From contig OZ252021.1 in assembly GCA_965247685.1 (NCBI GenBank), forward strand, positions 570,001 to 602,000: DNA of 32,000 bases. The letters run 5' to 3'. The notes beneath the pieces were generated by a model. That model made no database searches. It worked only from the letters and a program-made list of their open reading frames with translations, and was not told the DNA's origin. Numbering within the stretch: the first letter of the stretch is position 1; each line of letters starts with the position of its first letter. The translations under genes were made by a program, and so were the position numbers. Shown here piece by piece: positions 1 to 10,649 of the stretch. The stretch is from Bdellovibrionales bacterium. GTDB taxonomy: Bacteria; Bdellovibrionota; Bdellovibrionia; Bdellovibrionales; UBA1609.

Positions 1-63
1 AGGAGAAAAAGAGGTTTTTTATCAAAGAGTGGACATTTTTTTATTCCCTATATAAAAGAGGGT

Positions 64-843
64 ATGTCTTATGTGATTTCGATTATCAATCAAAAAGGAG
101 GGGTTGGAAAAACAACGACTGCTGTTTCTTTATCCTCTTATTTAGCAGATATGGGTGCAAAAGTTTTATTGATTGATATTGATCCTCAATCTAATTCCAC
201 AAGTAACTTTGGTGTTCAAAGCGAAAAGACTGTTTATGATTTATTTTGGAATGAAGACGTTTTAAGTACAATTTGTTCTTCAAAAAGAAAAGGGTTGGAT
301 ATTATTACGGCTGATCCTCGTTTATCTGGCTTGGATTTAGAGCTTGCTCATCAAGACCAAAACAATACTGTTTTGAAAAATAGAATCCAGAGTTTGCTGA
401 GTCAGTATCACTATATTTTTATTGATTGCCCTCCTTCTTTAGGTTTGTTGACGGTGAACTCCTTAGTGGCTTCTCAGTATTTTATTGTTCCTCTTCAGTG
501 TGAGTATTTTGCCTTAGAAGGTTTAAGTCGTCTGCTCGAAACAGCAAGAGCAATAAAAGAAAATATAAATAGCGATCTTAGTTTACTTGGAATTCTTCTT
601 ACTCTTTTTGACTCTAGAAATACTTTAAGTCATAAAGTTGTGGAGCAAGTTAAAAAACATTTTAGTGATAAAGTTTTTTCTACTGTTATTCCTAGGAATG
701 TTCGGTTGAGTGAAGCCCCTAGCCACTGTCTTTCTATAAAAGAATATGACTCTCAATCTAAAGGGGGTCAGGCATATAGAAATTTAGCGCTTGAACTATC
801 TGAAAAACTGCCTTTTCAAGGGGGAGTTGAAAATGTTTTATAA
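64..843 (+). CDS. parA: Chromosome partitioning ATPase ParA/Soj
   Basis: 259 aa. Deviant Walker A NQKGGVGKTTT lies at the N-terminus, and the Soj/ParA body is typical (DIDPQSNST, IDCPPSLG). ATG is preceded by GAGGG. It sits directly upstream of parB. Confidence 0.95.
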   Translation: MSYVISIINQKGGVGKTTTAVSLSSYLADMGAKVLLIDIDPQSNSTSNFGVQSEKTVYDLFWNEDVLSTICSSKRKGLDIITADPRLSGLDLELAHQDQNNTVLKNRIQSLLSQYHYIFIDCPPSLGLLTVNSLVASQYFIVPLQCEYFALEGLSRLLETARAIKENINSDLSLLGILLTLFDSRNTLSHKVVEQVKKHFSDKVFSTVIPRNVRLSEAPSHCLSIKEYDSQSKGGQAYRNLALELSEKLPFQGGVENVL

Positions 844-858
844 ACAGGAGGAAAAAGC

Positions 859-1701
859 ATGTCTGTTGATCGACAAGTTTTAGGTCGAGGATTAGATCAT
901 TTGTTAGGTAAAACAAATGATAAAAAGAAAGAAGCCTTGAGTGAAAATAAAGTTTTACAAGTGAGTATTGAAAAGGTTCATCCAGATCCCCATCAGCCTC
1001 GTAAGTATTTTGATGAGCAAAGTTTAAAAGATCTCGCTTTTTCCATAAAGGAACAAGGGCTCCTGCAACCCATTTTAGTTTTCCAAAAAAGTGATGGAGA
1101 GTATCAGATTATTGTAGGAGAAAGAAGATGGAGGGCGGTTCAAAAATTAGGATGGTCTCGAATCCCTGTTCTTTTAAAATTAGATAAAAAGGCAGACCAA
1201 AGGCTGGTATTAGCTTTAGTGGAAAACTTGCAAAGAAGAGATTTAAACTCTATTGAAGAGGCTCGCTCATTTCAATGGCTTATTGAGCATCAAAGTTGGT
1301 CTCAAAAGCAACTGGCAGAAAAGATGGGAAGAGATCGAAGTTCTATTTCCAATACATTAAGACTTCTTCATTTGCACCCAGAAGCCCAGCTCCTTCTTTC
1401 TAAAAATAAAATTTCTCTTAGTATTGCAAAGTTACTTTTACAGGAAGAATCACAAGAAAGACAAAAACTCCTTGCTCGAAAAGCTTTTCAGGAGCAATGG
1501 ACGGTCAAGGAATTGGAAAAAAAAGTGAACAAACGCATAGAAAAAAAAATAGAAATTCCTTTTTGGCTTCAAGAAAGATGTCTTTATTTTTCTAAAAGAT
1601 GGAACGCTCATGTCAACGCTAAGCTTCGAAAGAACGGAGCTAGCTTAACTTTTAATTTTTCTAGTGAAAAAGAGTTAAAGGAGTTTTTAGGTTATGAGTG
1701 A
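859..1701 (+). CDS. parB: Chromosome partitioning protein ParB/Spo0J
   Basis: 280 aa. It has the ParB-box arginine patch GERRWRA, an HTH region (SQKQLAEKMGRDRSSISNTLRLL) and a C-terminal dimerisation-like end. AGGAGG SD is upstream of the ATG. Confidence 0.95.
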   Translation: MSVDRQVLGRGLDHLLGKTNDKKKEALSENKVLQVSIEKVHPDPHQPRKYFDEQSLKDLAFSIKEQGLLQPILVFQKSDGEYQIIVGERRWRAVQKLGWSRIPVLLKLDKKADQRLVLALVENLQRRDLNSIEEARSFQWLIEHQSWSQKQLAEKMGRDRSSISNTLRLLHLHPEAQLLLSKNKISLSIAKLLLQEESQERQKLLARKAFQEQWTVKELEKKVNKRIEKKIEIPFWLQERCLYFSKRWNAHVNAKLRKNGASLTFNFSSEKELKEFLGYE

Positions 1702-2035
1702 AAAAAACTTAGTAAGAGCTATTTTAGATGAAGGGGCTTTTTTTAAAGGAGTCTTAAGTTTTGAAGGGGCTGTACGTATTGCAGGGCGATTTGAGGGAGA
1801 AATTTGGAGTGAAAAGGGAATTTTAATCATAGAGCCTTCAGGCCAGGTTAAGGCTCGAGTGAAAGTTTGTTGTTTAGTTCTTCAGGGGTTTTTAGAAGGA
1901 GACGTAGAAGCTTTAGAGCAAGTAAAAATGCATCCCCCAGCTCGTTTTGTGGGAACGGTGCAAAGCCCTTCTTTGCAAATTGATGAAGGTGTTGTTTTTG
2001 AAGGTTCAAGTGTTCATAAAAAAAAGAGTTCTTGA
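1694..2035 (+). CDS. Bactofilin (polymer-forming cytoskeletal protein, DUF583-like)
   Basis: 113 aa with the repetitive beta-helical bactofilin pattern (G.F.G.L.FEG.VRI.G.FEGEI ... G.VEA ... F.G.V.SPSL.IDEGVVFEG). The start overlaps the parB stop by 8 nt, with an AAGGAG SD inside the parB 3' end. Confidence 0.8.
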   Translation: MSEKNLVRAILDEGAFFKGVLSFEGAVRIAGRFEGEIWSEKGILIIEPSGQVKARVKVCCLVLQGFLEGDVEALEQVKMHPPARFVGTVQSPSLQIDEGVVFEGSSVHKKKSS

Positions 2036-2070
2036 CCCTTTAGGGCGGATAAAATTACTTAAAAAAGATT

Positions 2071-2511
2071 ATGGGTATTATAAAGTCTCTTATTGAAGCT
2101 TTTCAGTTGAATGAAACTTTTTTCGTTTATATGGCTGTCTTTTTTGTCTTTTTGTTTTTGGTTTCACGGCTTCTTTTAACCCCATATTTTTATGCTTTTT
2201 TGAAAAGAGATGAAAAGACTCAAGGTCGCCTCATTTTATCTTCTCAACTTCAAGAAGAAAACCAATCTTTGATAAAAGAGTATAAACAAAAACTTGTTCA
2301 TTTTAATCAAAGATTTCAAGAAAAATTAAAAGAAAAAAAAGAAGAGCTTAATAAAAAAAATATCTTGGAATTAGATCGGATAAAAAAGACCACTCACAAG
2401 TGGATACAAGAGCAAAGAGTTGTATTTCAAAATGATTTTAATAAAGCAAAAGAAGAAGTCAAAAAAGAAGCTCCAAGCTTAGCTGAACAATTGAATTTGA
2501 AACTTTTCTAG
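2071..2511 (+). CDS. F0F1 ATP synthase subunit b' (second b-type stalk subunit)
   Basis: 146 aa. A single N-terminal TM helix (FFVYMAVFFVFLFLVSRLLL) is followed by a long charged, coiled-coil-type tail, which is the b-subunit architecture. It is the first gene of the atp cluster. Confidence 0.7.
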   Translation: MGIIKSLIEAFQLNETFFVYMAVFFVFLFLVSRLLLTPYFYAFLKRDEKTQGRLILSSQLQEENQSLIKEYKQKLVHFNQRFQEKLKEKKEELNKKNILELDRIKKTTHKWIQEQRVVFQNDFNKAKEEVKKEAPSLAEQLNLKLF

Positions 2512-2520
2512 AGAGTACGT

Positions 2521-3081
2521 ATGAAAAAATTTTTTAAACTAAAAATGATTTTAATTTTCCTAAGTGTTCTTATGAGCATCCCATCTTGGGCGGCTTCTAG
2601 TGAAATCTCCATTAGTTTCATTTTATTTCAAACATTAAACTTTACCATCTTTTCTGCACTTCTTATTTATCTTGTTATCCAAAAGGTTCCGCCTGTTTTA
2701 AAGCTTCAATATGAAGATTATTTGATGAATAAAAAGAAGGCGAAAAAAATGTATGAAAAAGCTTATCAAGAATTAGAGGAAACGAAAAATAAAATAGTGG
2801 AATTAGAAAAAAAAGAAGCCCTTTTTTCAGAAGAAGTGGAAGTTGAGATTCAAAAGTTAGAAGATATTATGGTTTCTGAGTTGAACTTTCAAAAAGAAGC
2901 AATATTAAGATCTGCTCAAAATGCTATTAATCTAGAACTCATCAGCCTGAAGCAAAAACTTAAAGAGGAGTACTTAAACCAAGTAATATATTTATGTGAG
3001 AAACAATCTCAAAACCAATCTTATGATATTTCCTCTTTGTCCCATAAAATTTCCGAGAAAAAACTAAAAGGAAGGGTTTAA
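2521..3081 (+). CDS. atpF: F0F1 ATP synthase subunit b
   Basis: 186 aa. A hydrophobic segment (FTIFSALLIYLVIQKV) is followed by a long K/E-rich helix. It lies immediately upstream of atpH. An extra signal-peptide-like N-terminus is described under findings. Confidence 0.75.
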   Translation: MKKFFKLKMILIFLSVLMSIPSWAASSEISISFILFQTLNFTIFSALLIYLVIQKVPPVLKLQYEDYLMNKKKAKKMYEKAYQELEETKNKIVELEKKEALFSEEVEVEIQKLEDIMVSELNFQKEAILRSAQNAINLELISLKQKLKEEYLNQVIYLCEKQSQNQSYDISSLSHKISEKKLKGRV

Positions 3082-3585
3082 GTGAGCTCTGTTGCAAGGT
3101 TTTATTCTCAGATTTTATATGATTTAGAAGGAGAACAAGCTTTAGAAGTTTGTCACTTACAAAAAGCTTTGAGCAGCCAATTTCTATCTTTTTTTGAATC
3201 TTCTTTTATTTCTCTTGAGCAAAAGAATCAAGTAATTGAGAAGCTTCCTTTCTCTCAAAAAATTAAAAGCTTCCTCTATCAATTGACTTTGAAAAAAAGA
3301 TGGGCTTATTTTGAACAAATTTGTTTTCAATTAGAAAAGTTGATAGAAAATAAAAAAGGTCTTATAAAAGGGATTATTTATACAGCCTCTGATCTTTTAA
3401 ATGAAGATAAAAAGAAAATTGAGGAAACTTTGAAACCATATTTTGATGGGAAAACAGTTTTATTGGAAGTTCAAAGAAATAAAGAGCTTCTTTGTGGAGT
3501 AAAGATAGAAGTCGAGGGAGTTAAGTTTGATGACTCCGTTTTATATCATTTAAAAAACTTTAAAGCAAAAGTGAGAGGGTTATGA
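3082..3585 (+). CDS. atpH: F0F1 ATP synthase subunit delta (OSCP)
   Basis: 167 aa. GTG start directly after the atpF stop, with an AAGGAAGGG SD. OSCP-like N-terminus ([11 protein letters not shown]) and C-terminus ([15 protein letters not shown]). It overlaps atpA by 4 nt (ATGA). Confidence 0.8.
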   Translation: MSSVARFYSQILYDLEGEQALEVCHLQKALSSQFLSFFESSFISLEQKNQVIEKLPFSQKIKSFLYQLTLKKRWAYFEQICFQLEKLIENKKGLIKGIIYTASDLLNEDKKKIEETLKPYFDGKTVLLEVQRNKELLCGVKIEVEGVKFDDSVLYHLKNFKAKVRGL

Positions 3586-5108
3586 AAACAGACAGTATTA
3601 AAGTGGATGAAATTAGCCATATATTAAAAGAAAATATTCAAAACTATACAAAAGATTTGTCTGTACAAGAAAAGGGGCAGGTTTTAAGTGTTGGAGATGG
3701 AGTGTGTCGAATTTATGGCTTGAAAAATGCCATGGCTTCTGAACTTTTAAAATTTTCCGATTCTCTTTATGCTTTAGTTTTTAACTTAGAAGAAGATAGC
3801 GTTGGGGCTGTGCTTTTAGGTTCAGATCAAGGAGTTCAAGAAGGCTCTTTGGTAGAAAGAACCGGTCGAGTATTGGAGGTGCCTGTGGGAGAAGGTTTGC
3901 TCGGTCGAGTTGTGGATGTTTTAGGAAGACCTTTAGATGGACTGGGTGCTATAAAATCTCAACAGACTCAATCTATTGAAGCAAATGCTCCAGGAATCAT
4001 TCAAAGACAATCTGTTCATGAACCTTTGCAAACGGGAATTAAAGCTATTGATGCTCTTATTCCTATTGGAAGAGGTCAAAGAGAATTAATTATTGGAGAT
4101 CGTCAAACAGGAAAAACAACATTAGCTATCGACACAATTATCAATCAAAAAAACGAAAATGTAAAATGTGTATATGTTGCTATTGGACAAAAACAATCGA
4201 CGGTGGCTAATGTTGTTGAACAGTTAAGAAAAGCAGACGCCCTTCATTATACGACTGTGGTCGCTGCAACAGCATCCAATCCAGCCCCTTTACAATACCT
4301 TGCTCCTTATTCAGGTGTGACTATTGCAGAGTACTTTAGGGATAAAGGAGAACATGCTTTAATTATTTATGATGACCTAACTAAACAGGCACAGGCTTAT
4401 CGTCAACTTTCCTTGCTTCTTCGAAGACCTCCGGGGCGGGAAGCTTTTCCGGGAGATGTTTTTTACCTTCACTCTCGGCTTTTAGAAAGAGCTGCAAAGA
4501 TGAGTGACGCTCAAAAAGGAGGGTCTTTGACCGCTCTTCCGATTATTGAGACTCAAGCTGGAGATATTTCAGCCTACATTCCAACCAATGTGATTTCGAT
4601 TACAGATGGGCAAATTTTCTTGGAAACAGATTTATTTTACAAAGGAATTCGACCTGCGGTAAATGTTGGAAAATCAGTTTCTCGTGTAGGAGGAGCTGCT
4701 CAAATCAAAGCTATCAGGCAAGTTGCAGGTTCTTTAAAACTAGAACTTGCCCAATTTCGAGGGTTAGAAGCTTTTGCGACGTTTGCTTCAGATTTAGATC
4801 AAGTATCTCAAAAACAATTAGCGAGAGGAAGACGATTGGTCGAGATTTTAAAGCAAGGTGTTGCAGAACCCTTAGGAATTGAAAAACAAGTTTCTATTAT
4901 TTTTGCTGCATCAAAAGGGTATTTAGATTCTGTGAATGAAGCAGACATAAGAAGGTATGAAAAAGAATTTCATGAGTTTTTATTTACTCAGCATTCTGGA
5001 GTTTTAGAGTCTATAAAAAAAGAAAAAAAATTGACAGATAAAATAGAAGCTCAGCTCGCCAAAGCATCCGAAGAGTTTAAAATTATTTTTGAACAAAAGG
5101 GAGCTTAA
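3582..5108 (+). CDS. atpA: F0F1 ATP synthase subunit alpha
   Basis: 508 aa. Walker A GDRQTGKT, and highly conserved alpha-subunit blocks ([33 protein letters not shown]). Confidence 0.98.
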   Translation: MKTDSIKVDEISHILKENIQNYTKDLSVQEKGQVLSVGDGVCRIYGLKNAMASELLKFSDSLYALVFNLEEDSVGAVLLGSDQGVQEGSLVERTGRVLEVPVGEGLLGRVVDVLGRPLDGLGAIKSQQTQSIEANAPGIIQRQSVHEPLQTGIKAIDALIPIGRGQRELIIGDRQTGKTTLAIDTIINQKNENVKCVYVAIGQKQSTVANVVEQLRKADALHYTTVVAATASNPAPLQYLAPYSGVTIAEYFRDKGEHALIIYDDLTKQAQAYRQLSLLLRRPPGREAFPGDVFYLHSRLLERAAKMSDAQKGGSLTALPIIETQAGDISAYIPTNVISITDGQIFLETDLFYKGIRPAVNVGKSVSRVGGAAQIKAIRQVAGSLKLELAQFRGLEAFATFASDLDQVSQKQLARGRRLVEILKQGVAEPLGIEKQVSIIFAASKGYLDSVNEADIRRYEKEFHEFLFTQHSGVLESIKKEKKLTDKIEAQLAKASEEFKIIFEQKGA

Positions 5109-5111
5109 GAT

Positions 5112-7375
<2,264 letters not shown>

Positions 7376-7392
7376 AATGGGAAAAAGTGTTC

Positions 7393-7803
7393 ATGAGTGA
7401 TTCTTTTTTATTTACTTTTGTGACTCCTGAAAAAGAGATTTTAAAAGATCAGCACACACAAGAGCTTCTTTGTCCTTCTTCTGCGGGAGAGCTTCATATT
7501 TTACCTCAACATTCTCCTTTGATTGCTTTGTTGAAACCAGGATCTCTTTCCTATCGAATATCGGGAAAATGGAGTTCTTTTAATGTGAGCTGGGGTTATT
7601 TAGAAATCCATCCACAAGGCGTTCGTGTACTAGCAGAGTCTGTAGAGACAGGAGAGGAAATTTCTCGATTAAAAGTTGAGAAAAAAATTAAAGAAATTAA
7701 TGAAAAGTTAGACAACCCTCTTCTCACCCAAGAAGAAATCAGAGAGTTGAACAAACAATTAGAGCTTGAAAAAGCCCGCACCTCTTTTGTGAACAAGTAT
7801 TAA
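7393..7803 (+). CDS. atpC: F0F1 ATP synthase subunit epsilon
   Basis: About 136 aa. Epsilon-like N-terminal beta-sandwich (FTFVTPEKEIL ... HSPLIALLKPG) and a C-terminal helical hairpin. The ORF track starts at GTG 7387; I prefer the ATG at 7393, but either is possible. Confidence 0.9.
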   Translation: MSDSFLFTFVTPEKEILKDQHTQELLCPSSAGELHILPQHSPLIALLKPGSLSYRISGKWSSFNVSWGYLEIHPQGVRVLAESVETGEEISRLKVEKKIKEINEKLDNPLLTQEEIRELNKQLELEKARTSFVNKY

Positions 7804-7842
7804 AAATAAATTTATTTATTAGAAAAGTAAAGAGATCAAAAA

Positions 7843-10482
7843 TTAGGTCAACTCCTCCATAAGATTTTTTTGGTGAAAAAAAGACAAAGTTTTTTCTCTT
7901 AAAGATTTTTGAGATAAGTTTTCAGATAAAGCTCCTTGGGCAAAATGAGGAGGGCCTCCTCCTTTTCCTCCTAAGGATTGAATAACATCTTGAGCTTTTA
8001 TTTTTTTTGATATTTCTTTAGATAAAGAGACTACAATAGGCGTATACGAAGTGGTCTTTTGTCCTGTGATAACCACAATAGATAAAGGGTTTTTCTTTTT
8101 TATTTGGTCACATAGATCACTTAAGGATTGAGAGTTTTTATCAGAGTGAATAGAGCAGTAAAATAAAGCCTCTTTAGAATTAATTTTAAATTTTTCGTTT
8201 AATTTTAAGTCAGAAATACTCACTTGAACTTTATTTTTATTCGGCTGTTTTTTAAGTTTTTCCACAGTTTGTAATAGATTAAAATCTTGAAAAGGATAAG
8301 AAGATAAGCTGAACATTTTTCTTAGTTTTAAGTTTTCTTGAGTGAAGTGCATGAGATAGTTGAGTGCCGTTTTTCCACAAATAGCTTCGATACGTCGTAC
8401 TCCAGAGCTCAGAGAGCTTTCACTCACAATTTTAAAAACCATAATATCCTTTGTATTGTTTACATGAGTTCCGCCGCATAGCTCATGAGAAAAGTCTCCC
8501 ATTTTAAGAACACGCACTTTCTCCACAGCAGGTTTGTTAAAAAAACTGAGAGCTCCTTCCTTTAATGCTTGTTCATAATTTTTAGAAGATGTATTTACTT
8601 TAGAGAATTTCATAATTTCATCATTCACTAATTTTTCAACTTGAAAAAATTGTTCTTCAGTTAAAGGTTGAGCAGCTGTGAAATCAAATCTTAAACGATG
8701 AGGCTCCACTAAAGATCCGGATTGTTTTGTTTGTGCTCCTAAAATTTTTCTCAAAGCCGCGTGAAGTAAATGAGTAGCAGAGTGATGAATAGCTGTTTGC
8801 TCTCTGCGGGTGGAATCGATTTTAAGCCAAAGTTTTTGATTTTCTTTTATTTCTCCTTTTTCTGTGAACTTTATGACATGGACGTATCTTCCTTGTCTAT
8901 TTTGACAATCTACAATTTGACCCAAAGACTCTCTTTTTTTCTCTTGAAAAATCTCACCTTGATCTCCAACTTGTCCTCCCCCTTCAGCATAGAAACAAGT
9001 TTGGTCAAAAATAACAAAGGCGTTGCAAGGTGTTACAAGAGAGGATGTAGGTTTTCCATCTTTGCGGAATATCTTTATAACTTTTGAAAAAATTTCTTGC
9101 TTTTCATAGCCTATAAATTGAGTTTCAGGAACATGATTGAGTTTTTGTGTGTCGATGTTATCCATAATGTTTTGTGAATCTTTTTGAAGCTTTTGTTTCC
9201 CTCTTTTTTGATTCCTTAAACGAGATTCATTCATTTGCTCCTCAAATCCTTTAGAGTCCACTTGAATATTTTCCTTTTGGCAAATCATTTTTATTAGATC
9301 AAAAGGAAAACCATAGGTATCATAAAGTTTAAAAGAAGTGGAAGCTGGTAGGAGGAGATTTTTCTTTTTCCGAAGTTCAAAAATTTCTTTTTCTAAAAGA
9401 GTTTTTCCTTGTTTTAAAGTGAGTAAAAACTTATCTTCTTCTTGAGAAAGAACTTTAAGTATGAATTTTTCTTGATTCTGCAGTTCTGGATAAACGGGAG
9501 AATAAGTTTGAATCACACTTTGAGCCGCCGAGTGAAGAATGGAATTTTCTTGTGTTAGATTGCTTCCTAGATAAAAAGCTCTTCGAAGAATTCTTCTCAA
9601 TACATACCCTCTACCTTCATGAGAGGGTAGAACCCCATCTCCCACTAAAAATACTATAGTGCGAACATGGTCTGCTAAAGCTCTTAATATAGTATTAGAG
9701 TAAACTTCTCTATCTGAAACATAAGCGACACCGGTTTTTTTAGATAAAGATTTAAAAATAGAACTAAATAAATCAGTATGATAATTTGAATTTTTATTTT
9801 GTAAAACAGATAAAACTCGCTCCAGTCCCATCCCTGTATCAATGCAAAGTTGTTTGAGAGGAGTTTTTTTCTTTTTAGAATCTTCTTTGTATTCCATGAA
9901 AACAAGATTCCAAATTTCTATCATAGAAGCGGAGTCTTTGAAACCTTGAGTGTCATAATAAATTTCTGTACAAGGTCCACAAGGCCCTTCTTCTCCCATT
10001 CTCCAAAAATTTTCTTGTTCACCAAAGAAAAATATTTTCTCTTTAGGAAGGCCTATCCTTTTATTCCAGATTTCAGCCGTTTCTTTATCTTTTTCAAAAA
10101 CACTCACAGCTAAGTATTCTTTAGGGATTCCTAATTCTTGAGTTAAAAAACTCCAAGCTAAGCGACAACCTTCCTCTTTAAAGTATTTTCCAAAAGAAAA
10201 ATTCCCCATCATTTCAAAAAAAGTATGATGAAAAAAAGAGGGACCTACTTCTTCTAAATCGTTATGCTTCCCTCCAGCTCGAACGCATTTTTGAATACTT
10301 GCCAAAGCAGAGTGTTCAATAGATTCCACACCAAGGAACTTTTTTTTGAACGGATTCATTCCTGCATTAATAAAGAGTAGGGAGGGGTCATCAAATGGAA
10401 TAAGAGGAGCGCTTTTTATCCAAGTATGTTGGTGTTGCTCAAAAAAAGTTTTAAAAAGATGACGAAGCTTAAGATGATCCAT
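7843..10482 (-). CDS. alaS: Alanine--tRNA ligase
   Basis: 879 aa. Class II AlaRS catalytic core (FINAGMNPFKKKFLG, QKCVRAGGKHNDLEEVG), editing-domain HxxxH/CxxxH motifs (HSATHLLHAALR, CGGTHV) and a C-terminal DHHA1-type GGKGGG. Confidence 0.98.
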   Translation of the reverse strand: MDHLKLRHLFKTFFEQHQHTWIKSAPLIPFDDPSLLFINAGMNPFKKKFLGVESIEHSALASIQKCVRAGGKHNDLEEVGPSFFHHTFFEMMGNFSFGKYFKEEGCRLAWSFLTQELGIPKEYLAVSVFEKDKETAEIWNKRIGLPKEKIFFFGEQENFWRMGEEGPCGPCTEIYYDTQGFKDSASMIEIWNLVFMEYKEDSKKKKTPLKQLCIDTGMGLERVLSVLQNKNSNYHTDLFSSIFKSLSKKTGVAYVSDREVYSNTILRALADHVRTIVFLVGDGVLPSHEGRGYVLRRILRRAFYLGSNLTQENSILHSAAQSVIQTYSPVYPELQNQEKFILKVLSQEEDKFLLTLKQGKTLLEKEIFELRKKKNLLLPASTSFKLYDTYGFPFDLIKMICQKENIQVDSKGFEEQMNESRLRNQKRGKQKLQKDSQNIMDNIDTQKLNHVPETQFIGYEKQEIFSKVIKIFRKDGKPTSSLVTPCNAFVIFDQTCFYAEGGGQVGDQGEIFQEKKRESLGQIVDCQNRQGRYVHVIKFTEKGEIKENQKLWLKIDSTRREQTAIHHSATHLLHAALRKILGAQTKQSGSLVEPHRLRFDFTAAQPLTEEQFFQVEKLVNDEIMKFSKVNTSSKNYEQALKEGALSFFNKPAVEKVRVLKMGDFSHELCGGTHVNNTKDIMVFKIVSESSLSSGVRRIEAICGKTALNYLMHFTQENLKLRKMFSLSSYPFQDFNLLQTVEKLKKQPNKNKVQVSISDLKLNEKFKINSKEALFYCSIHSDKNSQSLSDLCDQIKKKNPLSIVVITGQKTTSYTPIVVSLSKEISKKIKAQDVIQSLGGKGGGPPHFAQGALSENLSQKSLREKTLSFFHQKNLMEELT

Positions 10483-10517
10483 AAATTATATTTAAAGATG
10501 AAATTATTATGATATTG

Positions 10518-10557
10518 ATTTTATTCTATTTTAAACTGTAAAATCAAGTTACAGTTT
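10518..10557 (-). promoter_or_regulatory. Candidate alaS promoter (TTGATT-N18-TAAAAT on the minus strand) overlapped by a perfect 9-bp inverted repeat
   Basis: On the minus strand, TTGATT is at 10547-10542 and TAAAAT at 10523-10518. The inverted repeat AAACTGTAA-N7-TTACAGTTT spans 10533-10557 and covers the -35 box and spacer. Confidence 0.3.
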
Positions 10558-10649
10558 GTGTTTTAGGTCTTTTTAAATCGATACTTGAACTATTTTACCC
10601 TTATAGTATCATGTATTTACTCAATGGGTTGCAATAGAAAGTTTTGGAT

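Noticed and set aside
1-55. Open frame running into the window and stopping at TAA 53-55 (..GEKEVFYQRVDIFLFPI*), possibly the 3' end of an upstream gene such as rsmG
   Set aside because: Only 17 codons are visible, which is too short to recognise or support. Frame 1 is also open across this stretch, so openness is not informative.
2161-2168. parS half-sites: GTTTCACG at 2161-2168 (in the b' gene) and TGTTTCAC at 19301-19308 (in lon)
   Set aside because: Only one arm of the 16-bp palindrome TGTTTCACGTGAAACA is present in each case, and the second arm does not match. Matches of this length are expected by chance in 32 kb.
7596-7796. 66-aa minus-strand ORF inside atpC
   Set aside because: It is fully embedded antisense in a well-supported conserved gene, has a low-complexity S/F/I-rich translation typical of shadow ORFs in AT-rich DNA, and has no SD.
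7804-7817. AT-only or AT-rich palindromes at gene ends: AAATAAATTTATTT (7804-7817), AAAATC-AGG-GATTTT (19093-19107) and TATTTTG-CAA-CAAAATA (30070-30086)
   Set aside because: The stems are almost entirely A-T with zero- to three-nt loops, and except for 19093-19107 they lack a following T-run. They are too weak to call as intrinsic terminators, and such palindromes arise readily in AT-rich spacers.
8258-8379. Two DnaA-box-like 9-mers, TTTTCCACA (8258-8266 and 8371-8379), in the same orientation
   Set aside because: Both are inside the alaS coding sequence, each is 8/9 to the consensus, and there is no AT-rich unwinding element or box cluster in an intergenic region. This is not a credible oriC.
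8770-10113. Three track ORFs inside alaS: 8770-9087 (+), 9684-9905 (-, out of frame) and 9850-10113 (+)
   Set aside because: All lie within the alaS coding region, whose product is conserved end to end. Their translations are F/L/I/S-rich low-complexity strings, so they are shadow ORFs.
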